This document shows positions 1 to 10,195 of a stretch of 64,000 nucleotides of DNA, one piece after another. Position 1 is the first letter of the stretch. Each line of letters begins with the position of its first letter. Made by a program: the position numbers and the translations under genes. The notes beneath the pieces are model-generated. The model was not told the DNA's origin, ran no database searches, and was given only the letters and a program-made list of their open reading frames with translations. This DNA is from Kiritimatiellia bacterium (lineage in GTDB: Bacteria; Verrucomicrobiota; Kiritimatiellia; RFP12; UBA1067). The stretch is from contig JAKSOW010000001.1 in assembly GCA_024405395.1 (NCBI GenBank), forward strand, positions 6,277 through 70,276, in the 5' to 3' direction.

Positions 1-126
1 TCCTATAACTCTGTACCGCATCGGCAAAAAGCGCTGGATCCTGTATTTTGTCCCATGACGCATAGACGAAGATTGCGGCAATCCCAATTCGCAACACGCC
101 CTCAACAACAAGAACAAGCTTCTGCT

Positions 127-318
127 TCATGGCTCATCTCCTGTTTCGGACTCTCCGCTCTGGTGTGTTTCCGGTCCCGTCCACGGTATGCGTTGCTCTT
201 CGTAGACGCGCAGATTGTTGGCGATGCCCAAAAGCATCGCCAACACGATAATCGCAACCACAACAATCCAATTGAATCGCCACCCCCAAAAAGAAATTTC
301 CAGCCTGCTCATGCGCAT
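127..318 (-). CDS. possible small single-pass membrane protein (63 aa from internal ATG of track ORF 127..375)
   Basis: The ORF has a clear hydrophobic helix (WIVVVAIIVLAMLLGIANNL). The internal ATG at 318 avoids overlap with the protease gene stop at 333. No recognisable family and a weak RBS. Confidence 0.25.
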   Translation of the reverse strand: MRMSRLEISFWGWRFNWIVVVAIIVLAMLLGIANNLRVYEEQRIPWTGPETHQSGESETGDEP

Positions 319-332
319 ATTCCGGGACGACT

Positions 333-1982
333 TCACTTCACCACCACGGGCCAGGACATTGCGGGTTTCTTGCATACGGCAACACCTCGACCAACGCCAT
401 CAACAACAAGCCCATTCACCGTAAATTTGTACTTCGCAAGTTTGGTGCGGCCATTATTCGTCTCTAGTGCATAAATTGTGAAAGTGCCCTTGAATATTCC
501 CGTCTTGGCCGCGAACGAAAGCTTCACACCCGCATTGTTCTCAGCTTCTGGATCATACTGAAGCTCCATCTCCTGGGTTTCGCGATTCTTTGCGTATTTC
601 ACCTTACCGGCCTTGGGGAAGGTCCACTTGGCGCCCGCGACATCAAAGGCCGTTCCGTCTGGCGTCAGGCTAGACAACCAATCAAATCCCTCAGAAGAAG
701 ATGCGTCAACGGAAAGGATCGCCGTACCGTTTTCCAATCCTCCGACAATTGCCTTCTTGACGGAATAACCTTCCGTGTGCAAACCATCGCTTTCAAGCAC
801 ATATCCCTGTGCCGGATCATAGTCCACAACAATCGCCACATCGTTCACTGGCGCCTTGAACGAGAGCAGGCCAGAGATTCGATTCCCCTTCGGAGTGAAA
901 GACTTGGCCTTGGCGGCAACCTTCTTGCCATTGGGCAGAATGATGGATCCGGACACCTTGACTTCATTCTTCTTCTGGTTGTATTTCCCAAGCTTCAGCT
1001 GTACAATTCCCGCAACTTCATCACCCGCATCAATGAGAGCGCCCGAAACGGTCACAGCCTTGGTGTAGGCTGTCGTCACGTCAGGAATCGGCGCAGGCGT
1101 GGGATCGTCCTTGGGATCCTGCGGATCTTTGGGGTCAACCACAGGATCTTTCGGCTTAACACTCTTGCGAAACGCCGCAACAATCGCAAAATTGTCCTTG
1201 ACGGTCTTGGCGTTGTTGTGATTGGCGTCACCCATCGGCACACCCTCGAAATCAATGTCCGGATTGGAGAAATAGGGGATCGTCTGCCAAATTTCAGAGC
1301 TTCCGGGTTTTGGCGTATAGGCAAGCAATGTCGCATAGTTGCCGCTTGACGTCGACAGATAGAATGCCGAGGAATAGGCATCATGGCAGGGGCCATCTGT
1401 CCCATCACCATCTCCATATGTGGAAACATCCGCATGACCCGCCCCCAAGAGATGCCCTATCTCATGCGGGACGACATAGCCATCCTCATGGGCAGCAGCC
1501 TCAACACTTGCGATACAGTAGGCATACGTCGAATATAGACTGGGGCTGGGCCACCCCGCATCAAACTCCCAACCAATACCTGCAGCCCCAGCGGCAATCC
1601 GCGTAAGCACGCAAACCACATCAGCACCCACTTTTTCACGGTACTGATGAACCTTATCCCAGTCATACCCATCTCGGACATGACCTTTTCCTGTATTGTC
1701 GCACACCACATCCGTCAGCATCGAAACGACGTCGCCCGTACCCGAGGACGGCACCAGCAATTCGCCTACCGAACGAAAATCACCTGCAGAAGAGATTCCA
1801 GAATTCGCCATGACGCGGTTGAGCTTCTCTACCGAACTGGCCGTAAGCTCCGAAGGCGACACGCCAGCATCACTTAGCCAATCCTGAGCTGATTTGTCGT
1901 ATACAAACAATACGTCAATTGTTGCGGCCATGGTTATGCCTGTTGCCATCAGGATCCATGCCGCCATTATCATTTTCTTCAT
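333..1982 (-). CDS. secreted zinc metalloprotease, metzincin-type (HEIGHLLGAGH = HExxHxxGxxH) with C-terminal Lys-rich Ig-like (He_PIG-like) modules
   Basis: The track ORF is 333..2015. The likely start is Met12 (MKKMIMAAWILMATGITMAA signal peptide), which overlaps the stop of the upstream gene as ATGA. The HEIGHLLGAGH zinc-binding motif is present. The C-terminus repeats KLSFAAKTGIFKGTFTIY / KLAKYKFTVNG motifs shared with neighbouring genes. Confidence 0.8.
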   Translation of the reverse strand: MKKMIMAAWILMATGITMAATIDVLFVYDKSAQDWLSDAGVSPSELTASSVEKLNRVMANSGISSAGDFRSVGELLVPSSGTGDVVSMLTDVVCDNTGKGHVRDGYDWDKVHQYREKVGADVVCVLTRIAAGAAGIGWEFDAGWPSPSLYSTYAYCIASVEAAAHEDGYVVPHEIGHLLGAGHADVSTYGDGDGTDGPCHDAYSSAFYLSTSSGNYATLLAYTPKPGSSEIWQTIPYFSNPDIDFEGVPMGDANHNNAKTVKDNFAIVAAFRKSVKPKDPVVDPKDPQDPKDDPTPAPIPDVTTAYTKAVTVSGALIDAGDEVAGIVQLKLGKYNQKKNEVKVSGSIILPNGKKVAAKAKSFTPKGNRISGLLSFKAPVNDVAIVVDYDPAQGYVLESDGLHTEGYSVKKAIVGGLENGTAILSVDASSSEGFDWLSSLTPDGTAFDVAGAKWTFPKAGKVKYAKNRETQEMELQYDPEAENNAGVKLSFAAKTGIFKGTFTIYALETNNGRTKLAKYKFTVNGLVVDGVGRGVAVCKKPAMSWPVVVK

Positions 1983-2011
1983 GTCTTTATCCTTTCTTTC
2001 CCTGCTTGTGA

Positions 2012-5000
2012 TCATTTTGCAAACATGTTAAACGGAACCGTAGAAGTCATTCGCTTCCCATTCACTTCTGTCTTGTAGCTGAAATAGCCGCTCGCAAAAG
2101 GCCGTTCTGCAAACTCTCCTGGAAAACTCTCTGCTATACACCCGCAGTCGATCCATCCAGGCGTCAATACTCCGCTAAAGTTCCCTTTGACTTCCTCTTC
2201 TCCAAAGTTAAATGTGGCTTTCCCAGAAACCAAACCTGAAGATGAATTTATCCGGCAAATTGCATCGGGGACTTCTTGACCCATGATTGAACAAACTACG
2301 GATTTCAAATCAAAAAGTCCAAGCCACGATTCAAGGGTAGTACGCTTTGCATAATATATGCCATAGCAGTCCAAGTCGGATGTAAATGCATCAAACTCAC
2401 CCACATGCCGCCATCGTGCGGCTACTCCTCTCACTGGACGAACAACCCGAGCAGTGGTCTCGTCTGCATAGTACTTTTCTCCGTTAGCATGAATTCGCAA
2501 TAAAGCCGAAAGAGAATCTCTCCTTTCCGCATGCAGAATCGGCAAGATTGCGTATTCCGAATCCTCTGGATCAATTGCCAACATTGATTTCGCGCTAAAT
2601 CTCGTACCTGAAGGAAGCGACCCCTTCAACCTAACAGTGCCAGTCTTCGAAACCGAAATCATTGCATATCCGGAACCTGTGAAATTACCGCCTGACACAT
2701 TTTCCACTCCAAATGCCATCGTGTAGTAACCAGCAAACGACCTCAGCTCTCCCATTGCCGAAGATCCAGAGGCACCACCAAACTCAACGCTCAAAACACC
2801 ACTGGCAGATAAGATCAACTTGAGGCTATGTTTGGGGGAAATGAGTTGCGCCGACGCCTCTCCTGAATCAGTATTCATGTATGACCAATAACCACTGAAG
2901 AACTTTGCTTGACTCGATAATTCAACAACCTTGGCCGAAAGTTTACCCGATTTGCTTTGTTTTAGGGTTACCATTCCCACCACATCCGAAGTTCCGTCAC
3001 CTGATGCCTTCACAAGAGGCACCGTCCACAAGCCGCCAACGCCAACAAATTGATTAAACTCACGTGGATCCATGATAGTTACCGTAACCGCCACAACGCC
3101 CGAAGGAATATTGGCATTGCCAATCTTTCTCGTCACCTCATACGAGAAATCAAATATTCCCTTTTTCTTTGCCTGGCCACGCAAACACACGGCTCCCGTC
3201 TGCTCATCAACGTAAAGCCTAAGCCCATTTGGCAATTGCCCCGATTTCTTCTTTACCGTAACCCGAGAGCAACCGTCAACCTCAACAGTTTCTAAAATGC
3301 ACTTCGTTTGGAATCCAACGTACGCGGAGGCCTCCTCATTACCGCTCCCTGGGACAAATTCACAGCTCACCTCCGCTGCATAACAAGAGGAGCCTCCCGC
3401 CACACGAGCAGGCATAGTTCCAGTCAATTTCAATACCGGTCGTAGTGATTGTGCATGTGATTTTCTAACTGCAAATTCCAGGGAATTAGTTCCACAGGCC
3501 ACCACAACTCCGTCTAAGACCAGAGATATCATCACGTCATGCGTGGAAGACACCGACACCGAGAAACTACCTGTTGAGAATCCCCGCAGAATAAACGCTT
3601 CAGCAGCATCACAGATTTGGAAATCAACTTGGGCTCGTCCCCCCGCTACCGACAGCTCCCGTCTAGTTGTGGAGACATAATCAGAAGACTCATCAGCACG
3701 ATTAGCCAATTTCAGAAGATCATCAAGCCGGGCGATGTTTTCCTCTGGATCATAGTAGCGAACATCAGAACCTATTTCACCATTACGGTCTCGCCATGTT
3801 GAGCAACGACCAACAACACGTCCCTTTCCGTCAATCAACAACAGCGTTGGTGTGCTGAGACGAGTCGCAGATGTTTCTGGTGCCTTCCACTCAGAAACTG
3901 AATTTCTGACACTTCGTTCGTGGGCGGCTAACACCAAAGGATCATCAGCATGCAACCCATGGCGAGACAAATATGCAGCACCACTAACCATCTTTCTTTC
4001 ATTCCCTGTATGGATGTGCTCCAAACCCGCGGCATAGGAAAGAAGATGCCCTGCATCTGCGTAAGTGTCGCTCTCTGAGAATGCCTGATCAAACAACACC
4101 AACTGTACCCGATTGTCCTCAAGCCAATCTCGGAATAGATCCGACGCAAAAAGTGATTGTTCCATCCCTTTACAATAGGGACACCATAAGACTCCTGAAT
4201 AAATCGCCAGGATTGCTTTAGCTTTACCCTCGACGACCTTACGACACGCAAGATCATAATCAAGTGTCCAATCCGAATACCTCAACTCCTCTATTGTGCT
4301 TTCCCCCACAAAATATGGATTTGTTGGCGAATTCACCTGGGCATCAACGCAATGCACAAATGAAGAAGAGACCACATCCCCCTTAGAGTCAATAAGAGAC
4401 AGCTCTATGCTCTTTCCTGTGGGAAACTCACATCCCAGAAACTTTTCAAGCGAGAGCGATACGATGGCATTCGTCTGTCCCATTGCCCAATGAATCGCAT
4501 TTGTAACTGGGGGCAGAACATTTCCAGGCCATGCAGCAACCAACAGATTATCGTCGGCAACACCTGGAAGACGCTTCAACGGAATATCAACAAACGACGT
4601 ATTCGACTCTATCTCAAGGCGATCACCCTCTCCGTCTGAGCATTGGAAACCAGCAACTGTACGATTTGTGGTGTAGGACCCGCAGAGTTTCTGAATGCTC
4701 TGTTCCAATTCTATCGCCAACAATTCCAACATTTCTGGATCATGCTCCGCAAGCGCGGAAAGAGACATCGCGGGGTCACGCGGCACAAGCATGCGTCCAG
4801 ATCTTCCAACAAAGCTCTCAGCCAAAGTCTCAACCCCATTCTTTGGCCACCATACACAGATGAACGGGAAACTGGTGAGCCAATTTCCTACAGATTTCGT
4901 GAATCCGGCACTACGAGCGAAATCACAGGCGCCCGTCCCCTCATTTACTTCAATATCCGCGCCAGAGGTACCTTGCACATAACAATAGACATAATCTGAA

Positions 5001-5260
5001 TGCTTCGTTTGCCAAGTGCGAAACGACTCGAGATTGACTGCCGTCTCAAGCTTTTCACACTCGCCACAAGAGGAATTAGCCCAAAACAACACCAGTGGAG
5101 CCTTAAGACTCTGTGCCAGGTTGGTAGCCGCGGTGAACGACTCAAGCCAAACGCCAGTCCTAGTTTCGTTCGAAACCTGGACTGGCGAATCAGCCTGCGC
5201 ATCCAGCGCCACCAAGGCGACAGTCACTGACAGTATCAGCGTGCCGATTCTTGAATGCAA
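2012..5260 (-). CDS. large secreted protein with two thioredoxin-fold CxxC domains (FWANSSCGECEKL and LWCPYCKGMEQ) plus beta-rich/Ig-like regions
   Basis: The track ORF is 2012..5419. Its first 53 codons overlap the upstream gene in another frame and contain no ATG. A TTG at 5260 immediately precedes a good signal peptide (HSRIGTLILSVTVALVALDAQA), so the start is uncertain. There are two CxxC thioredoxin-like motifs, paralogous to the genes at 6640 and 10192. Confidence 0.7.
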   Translation of the reverse strand: MHSRIGTLILSVTVALVALDAQADSPVQVSNETRTGVWLESFTAATNLAQSLKAPLVLFWANSSCGECEKLETAVNLESFRTWQTKHSDYVYCYVQGTSGADIEVNEGTGACDFARSAGFTKSVGNWLTSFPFICVWWPKNGVETLAESFVGRSGRMLVPRDPAMSLSALAEHDPEMLELLAIELEQSIQKLCGSYTTNRTVAGFQCSDGEGDRLEIESNTSFVDIPLKRLPGVADDNLLVAAWPGNVLPPVTNAIHWAMGQTNAIVSLSLEKFLGCEFPTGKSIELSLIDSKGDVVSSSFVHCVDAQVNSPTNPYFVGESTIEELRYSDWTLDYDLACRKVVEGKAKAILAIYSGVLWCPYCKGMEQSLFASDLFRDWLEDNRVQLVLFDQAFSESDTYADAGHLLSYAAGLEHIHTGNERKMVSGAAYLSRHGLHADDPLVLAAHERSVRNSVSEWKAPETSATRLSTPTLLLIDGKGRVVGRCSTWRDRNGEIGSDVRYYDPEENIARLDDLLKLANRADESSDYVSTTRRELSVAGGRAQVDFQICDAAEAFILRGFSTGSFSVSVSSTHDVMISLVLDGVVVACGTNSLEFAVRKSHAQSLRPVLKLTGTMPARVAGGSSCYAAEVSCEFVPGSGNEEASAYVGFQTKCILETVEVDGCSRVTVKKKSGQLPNGLRLYVDEQTGAVCLRGQAKKKGIFDFSYEVTRKIGNANIPSGVVAVTVTIMDPREFNQFVGVGGLWTVPLVKASGDGTSDVVGMVTLKQSKSGKLSAKVVELSSQAKFFSGYWSYMNTDSGEASAQLISPKHSLKLILSASGVLSVEFGGASGSSAMGELRSFAGYYTMAFGVENVSGGNFTGSGYAMISVSKTGTVRLKGSLPSGTRFSAKSMLAIDPEDSEYAILPILHAERRDSLSALLRIHANGEKYYADETTARVVRPVRGVAARWRHVGEFDAFTSDLDCYGIYYAKRTTLESWLGLFDLKSVVCSIMGQEVPDAICRINSSSGLVSGKATFNFGEEEVKGNFSGVLTPGWIDCGCIAESFPGEFAERPFASGYFSYKTEVNGKRMTSTVPFNMFAK

Positions 5261-5265
5261 TACCG

Positions 5266-6048
5266 TCAATCCATCACAGCCTTGACATACGCCGGGAAGG
5301 TATACGCTTCCGTGATTTTGGTTGCCTTCTGCAACTTGGCGGATATTTTCTTGTTGTACTTGATCTTCCAAGTTCCGAATGCCGAAGACCCTTGATTCAG
5401 CGAGCAAGTCTCCCCACACTCCAGACAGATAGGCCAGCCAGGTGCCGTAGCAGTGACGGCCTCCGTTCCCTCAATCTTCTCACACCAGTTGCAAGTCCCT
5501 GAAGTGGCTTTAGTGGTCACTACCGCACCCGGCAACATCCATCCGGCGAAGCTACCGCTGACAGGTGAAATGATTGAAGAAAGGAGCGTGCATGTATTCT
5601 TATCCTTGAGCACATTGTCCTTCAGAGACCCAAATCCTGATCCAACAAGATAGAATGTACCATCTTCTGAACTCAGAATCCATGTCAGTTCACATTTGGC
5701 GGCGCTTTTGTCAATACGATTGGCAATTGGCCACTCAAGCTTGACGTTCAAAGGTTTCTGACTGGTCACATTCCAGAAGAAGTAACCAAAAGCATTGGTG
5801 CTGCTCGTATAGGGCTCACCTTTGATCAACGTATCGCAGTCACATCCCCAGATCACACCCTTGATTGTGACAGATCCCTGTTTACGATACAACGTACTCT
5901 GATCAGTACGCATATCGCAAGCAACCATCTTGGGAGTTCCCGACTGCGTAACCGTAGTCTTAACCTTAATGTCTACTTCGTAGAACTGAGCATCTGCAGA
6001 AGCTGCTCCACAAAGCAGGAGCGCAAACAACATTACGATTGTCTTCAT
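5266..6048 (-). CDS. secreted Cys-rich protein (paralogue of 13779..14657), unknown function
   Basis: It has a signal peptide (MKTIVMLFALLLCGAASADA) and about 12 Cys. The C-terminal motif AFGTWKIKYNKKISAKL...AYTFPAYVKAV is shared with the 13779 gene (AYGTWKLKYSKKIANGTKGVAAYMPAYAK). Confidence 0.75.
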   Translation of the reverse strand: MKTIVMLFALLLCGAASADAQFYEVDIKVKTTVTQSGTPKMVACDMRTDQSTLYRKQGSVTIKGVIWGCDCDTLIKGEPYTSSTNAFGYFFWNVTSQKPLNVKLEWPIANRIDKSAAKCELTWILSSEDGTFYLVGSGFGSLKDNVLKDKNTCTLLSSIISPVSGSFAGWMLPGAVVTTKATSGTCNWCEKIEGTEAVTATAPGWPICLECGETCSLNQGSSAFGTWKIKYNKKISAKLQKATKITEAYTFPAYVKAVMD

Positions 6049-6078
6049 TGTCTTACATCCTTTTTCAATTTTACTAGC

Positions 6079-6612
6079 TTAATCAATGGAGAACTCGGAT
6101 GTCCCAAGTTTGCTGGAGGAAGCTGTACCATACCCCTCGCTGCCGTCAAACGTACCACTGATTTTGACCGTGTACTTTTTGAGCTTCATCTTGGTGACAC
6201 CCTTCTTGGTTTCATATTCCTGCACACCATAGACCTTGAAGGATCCCTTGACTGTTCCCTTCTTGCGGTTGTAGGAAAGCTTAAGACCGGCATAATTAGA
6301 GCTTTTGTCCGAATCCTTGAGCACCAACTCGTAATCCCCATCAACCTTTTTCACTTTGACAGAAAGGGCCTTATCGGTTTTCAACTTCTTGCCTGTGAAA
6401 TAGACAGGCTCGCCATCCGGGAAAAGATCAGACTGAATTTCGATTTCATCATCCGAAATATCAAATCCATCATCCAGTGTGAATGTGAATTCGGAATCCT
6501 CATAACTCTCATCATCTTTGTCCTTATTTTTGGCAAAAGCCGAAGAGATCGGCGCAAGCACCAATCCTAACGCCAAAACACCAATTGCTGTCTTTACCCA
6601 TTTCCTGTTCAT
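6079..6612 (-). CDS. small secreted protein with acidic linker and two Lys-rich Ig-like (He_PIG-like) modules
   Basis: It has a signal peptide (MNRKWVKTAIGVLALGLVLAPISSAFA). The motifs AGLKLSYNRKKGTVKGSFKVYG and KLKKYTVKISG are clearly homologous to the C-terminus of the protease gene (333..1982). Confidence 0.7.
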   Translation of the reverse strand: MNRKWVKTAIGVLALGLVLAPISSAFAKNKDKDDESYEDSEFTFTLDDGFDISDDEIEIQSDLFPDGEPVYFTGKKLKTDKALSVKVKKVDGDYELVLKDSDKSSNYAGLKLSYNRKKGTVKGSFKVYGVQEYETKKGVTKMKLKKYTVKISGTFDGSEGYGTASSSKLGTSEFSID

Positions 6613-6639
6613 GATCAGTTCTCCTTTTTTTGTAAGAAA

Positions 6640-7719
6640 TCAATCTTCAGCCCTTTTGGCTTCTACCACCAATTGAAACTCGCGAACTACCTTGGTTGCC
6701 GCCACATCTCTCCCTTCAGCGGTCACGGTAATATTATAACATCCTTTTCGCCAAAGTGTACCAGAAAAAACACCTTCTTCTGAATCCAGCGAAAGTCCGA
6801 ATGGCATACCCTCTGCGCTGAATTTCATCGGCCGCGTTGCCTCTTCAACTTCTAACCGGAACTTGAATTTCTTCCCTACCTTCGCAATGATCGGTTGTTC
6901 TGGAACCGAAAATACCGGCGGCCTACAAGCAGATACATTCCTGAAATTGGCTGTATAGGTTCCCTCAGTCATACCAGAGTCAATGACTAGCTTACGAGCA
7001 TAACCTACACACCTTCCATTAGGATCCATCCATCCCCAAAACACGCTACCAGAATCATCGGCAATTGCCGTGATTACAACTGTACCACGTTCATCCGCAA
7101 GCTCCCCAGAGACTGGATCCATCTCAATTTTTCCACTCCCTCCTGTTTGAGTGAATTTGAAATACTTTGAGTCAGGACTATGCAATATCTCTTTGGGATT
7201 GGATAATTTTGCCGTATAATCAATCAAAATCTTGTCCAGAGCGGAAATCAATTCCATCTGAAGAAATTTATGTCGAATTCCAGGCATCGTTCCACGACGA
7301 CCAGAGAAAGTCCTTTTTACCTCTGTCCCGTCTTCTTTCTTCCAATATACGCAAACTATCGGTATACCAGTTACCTCCTTGAACCCCTCTCGTTGAAAAG
7401 CTTCTGTTTGCTTGAACTGAGGATTCTTGTCATTTATATGTACCATAAAAATCTTACGGTCATCTTGCCACATCTTGAAATCCGTACTATTCATGGATTT
7501 GTTCAAGCGATAACAGAAACTACATTCAGTTCCAGCACTGATAACTAGAATCGGCTTATGAGCTGATTTCGCAACCGCTAGTGCATTAGTGAAATTATCG
7601 CTCCATACACCTGGCGTAACTTCATGTACGATAGGTATTTTGGCGCTTACTTCATCCCGTCCATGACACAAGGCTGTTACTAATAAAAAAATGAATACCA
7701 CGAGCTTACTCATCTTCAT
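6640..7719 (-). CDS. secreted thioredoxin-fold protein (CSFC active-site-like motif) with C-terminal putative-Ig (cadherin-like He_PIG) domain
   Basis: The track ORF is 6640..7752. The likely start is Met12 (MKMSKLVVFIFLLVTALCHG), overlapping the upstream stop by 1 nt. The thioredoxin-like motif is ILVISAGTECSFCYRLNKSM. The C-terminal FSAEGMPFGLSLDSEEGVFSGTLW is the classic putative-Ig motif. Confidence 0.8.
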   Translation of the reverse strand: MKMSKLVVFIFLLVTALCHGRDEVSAKIPIVHEVTPGVWSDNFTNALAVAKSAHKPILVISAGTECSFCYRLNKSMNSTDFKMWQDDRKIFMVHINDKNPQFKQTEAFQREGFKEVTGIPIVCVYWKKEDGTEVKRTFSGRRGTMPGIRHKFLQMELISALDKILIDYTAKLSNPKEILHSPDSKYFKFTQTGGSGKIEMDPVSGELADERGTVVITAIADDSGSVFWGWMDPNGRCVGYARKLVIDSGMTEGTYTANFRNVSACRPPVFSVPEQPIIAKVGKKFKFRLEVEEATRPMKFSAEGMPFGLSLDSEEGVFSGTLWRKGCYNITVTAEGRDVAATKVVREFQLVVEAKRAED

Positions 7720-9551
7720 TAATTCCCTTCTTTCGTAACCAAATCTAACCAATTCGGTATGTAGAGTTCTGCCCCTGGAACCTGTTCAACCCAAGAAGGT
7801 GGCAAATCATAATCAGAAGACAACCGCCCTGCCAGACGACCAAGAATAACCCGCACCTCCATTTTCTTCTGTAAAGACTCATCTATTTTTTTCCATGAGA
7901 ATGGAGGAGAAAGGAAAATCAGTTTTTCAGGGATGCAGAGACCATGATCCTGACGGTTAAACGTTTCAAGGTATTCAGCACCTCTCCATCCAGCAAGTAC
8001 TAACGTTCGTGTCTTATCTGGCAAAGCCGAAAGTTTCCGCACGAACGCAATTGCTGGGGCATTAGTATGGGACTGGAAAAACTGTCGCATCTCCTTGCCT
8101 TGATAAATCTGATATCCGCCATCAAGAACTGCGTCATCGCCTACAATCCACACTTTGGGATCTTCTCCGTTAAGCAAAACGTGATCTGGGAATCCCTTTA
8201 TGGATACCAACTGTCTGCAATTCCTTCCCCATATACCTACCACTACAACGGCACCAAGAGAAATAACCACAGCCATACATACAGCCACCAAAATCACCCG
8301 CCGTCCAAAAGGTCTAAAATCTTTGAACCCAGAAACAAGTGAAAATATCGGCAACACCCAAAGAAGTGGCTCCTCCAACTCATGTGTGAAACAGGCTGAT
8401 ACACCAAAAGCCACAAAGACCGCAAACGGCAAAGATTTCTTGTCGCGAAACGCCCACACCGCAAACAGGAACATGAAAAACAGCCAAGCAAACACATAGC
8501 CAACACGCTCCATACAACCCATCTCTACAAGCCATGTCAAATGGCTATTCTGCAGCTCAGACACCGCCAACGGCGTATCAAAGGACTGATACCAGTCAAC
8601 ATAGGCACGACCCCCATTACCATAGCCCCAACCTGTGGGAGCATCCGCCATCATTCTCGGTACAGCAGCCCACATTGTTCGCCGATCGGTGCGGGGGTCT
8701 TGGGCAAGAAAACCGCTGGTAAACCTAGTTCCACCAAACTTAAATGCAATGCCACCAAGGGCAACCAGCAGCAACAACGCTACCAGAATTCTGCGGAACG
8801 AAAATAAATCCTTGAATTCCCTAAAATGTGGTACAATAAGGGAAACAATACCCAAAACGAATCCGAGAAGACATCCCCGCGACTGCGTAAGGAACAAGAA
8901 GACCAATGACGCCAAGAAAGGGATGACGGCAACCATCCCGAGAATTAACCGACGACCATGAAACAACACCAATGCCACGGATAGGAACATCACCGACAAC
9001 ATCATAAAGATGGCTGCCGTCTTGTTTGGATTGATGAATTCCCCAAAAGGAATCCGGAACCGACCTGATTCTTTCCAGATGTCTACAGAAGTGACATCAT
9101 CCAACATTCCTCTTTGTTTCTGCTCCCAAAGCTTAGGTATGGCTTCATCCGACTGTACAGGCTTGATGCGCTTAACAACCATCTGCTCCCGATCGAAGGT
9201 CATCTTGCGCAACGTTCCATTATAAAACTCAAATTCCGTCTGTCCCCCAGTAAAGTCATCACGCGTACGAACGGTTGTCCGCCCATATTCAGAATAACCT
9301 TCCCACGGATCTTGGGCGAGTAAACGGGAAGGATTCTCCCGATCACGATACAAATAGCGAACCGTTTGGTCGGGTTGGGTCAATCGGCAAACCTCATAAT
9401 TTATCGGGACGAAAGTGGATTCAACTACATTAGTACCCCATTTAGTTGGGTCAGTTCGAAACCCATAGTAGGCGAATGACACCCATGACTGCAACAGAAC
9501 TATTGCAATCATAAAAATACGACGAATTGACCATGACTTAAACATATTCAC
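7719..9551 (-). CDS. polytopic membrane protein of the O-antigen ligase / Wzy_C family with sizeable N- and C-terminal soluble domains
   Basis: About 10 hydrophobic helices occupy the central 250 residues. FLFLTQSRGCLLGFVLGIV resembles the Wzy_C/WaaL signature (TxSRGA). Soluble domains of about 180 aa (N-terminal) and about 170 aa (C-terminal) flank the helices. The start codon sits 2 nt after the upstream stop. Confidence 0.6.
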   Translation of the reverse strand: MNMFKSWSIRRIFMIAIVLLQSWVSFAYYGFRTDPTKWGTNVVESTFVPINYEVCRLTQPDQTVRYLYRDRENPSRLLAQDPWEGYSEYGRTTVRTRDDFTGGQTEFEFYNGTLRKMTFDREQMVVKRIKPVQSDEAIPKLWEQKQRGMLDDVTSVDIWKESGRFRIPFGEFINPNKTAAIFMMLSVMFLSVALVLFHGRRLILGMVAVIPFLASLVFLFLTQSRGCLLGFVLGIVSLIVPHFREFKDLFSFRRILVALLLLVALGGIAFKFGGTRFTSGFLAQDPRTDRRTMWAAVPRMMADAPTGWGYGNGGRAYVDWYQSFDTPLAVSELQNSHLTWLVEMGCMERVGYVFAWLFFMFLFAVWAFRDKKSLPFAVFVAFGVSACFTHELEEPLLWVLPIFSLVSGFKDFRPFGRRVILVAVCMAVVISLGAVVVVGIWGRNCRQLVSIKGFPDHVLLNGEDPKVWIVGDDAVLDGGYQIYQGKEMRQFFQSHTNAPAIAFVRKLSALPDKTRTLVLAGWRGAEYLETFNRQDHGLCIPEKLIFLSPPFSWKKIDESLQKKMEVRVILGRLAGRLSSDYDLPPSWVEQVPGAELYIPNWLDLVTKEGN

Positions 9552-9553
9552 GA

Positions 9554-10195
9554 TTATTCGTCATCCTCTTCTTCTTGATTTTCCTCAAGCCATTTCTGAG
9601 CGGTGGCAACATTTTTCCAATCATCACCCGTCACGTATTCATAAGCTTCTTTCGCCGCCGCACGCGCAACACCATTACTGCTGGCAATAAGATGAACGAT
9701 GATATCAATAGACAAAGTAGGACGCAGATCGTTCAGTTGAAATGAAATTGATTCCATAACTTCACGATCACGAACCAACATCATGGTCTCCTCAATGAGT
9801 ACACCCTTTTCATGTTCATCCTCAATATCATTAATTGCCGAATCCCATTGATCCTGTGCCTCTGATCTAACGTCTTCATCGCGGTCAAGCAAAAACGGCA
9901 TCAACGCCCGTACAGATTTTTTTCCAAACCAGCCAATGGATTCAACACAACGCAAGCGAACTACTGCATTTTTCGAATTCTTGAGCTTTTCTACATAAGA
10001 CAATGCCTCCTGAAAATCTTCCTTCTCTACAGCATTCTCAAGATCAGAAACCTGCTTCTCTTCGCTAACCGTACATTCTGATGTCTCTACAACATTCTTT
10101 TGCATTTCCTTATCGGGTTCAGACTTGCCGCAACCGCTAAGTAGACAAACAACAACAGCAATACCGACTATATTCTTCATTTCTATCACCTTCAT
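9554..10195 (-). CDS. HEAT-repeat lipoprotein (PBS-lyase HEAT-like), paralogue of 11688..12614
   Basis: The track ORF extends to 10342. The real start at Met50 gives an ATGA overlap with the upstream stop, verified in the sequence at 10192-10195. Lipobox LLSGCG is present. HEAT motif VRLRCVESIGWFGKKSVRALMPFLLDRDEDVRSEAQDQW. The C-terminal tail is acidic. Confidence 0.75.
   Translation of the reverse strand: MKVIEMKNIVGIAVVVCLLSGCGKSEPDKEMQKNVVETSECTVSEEKQVSDLENAVEKEDFQEALSYVEKLKNSKNAVVRLRCVESIGWFGKKSVRALMPFLLDRDEDVRSEAQDQWDSAINDIEDEHEKGVLIEETMMLVRDREVMESISFQLNDLRPTLSIDIIVHLIASSNGVARAAAKEAYEYVTGDDWKNVATAQKWLEENQEEEDDE

Noticed and set aside
55-474. 139-aa plus-strand ORF at the window start
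   Set aside because: The Gln/Pro/Thr-rich low-complexity product has no RBS and is opposite the protease gene 3' end. The small minus-strand membrane ORF is kept only at low confidence.
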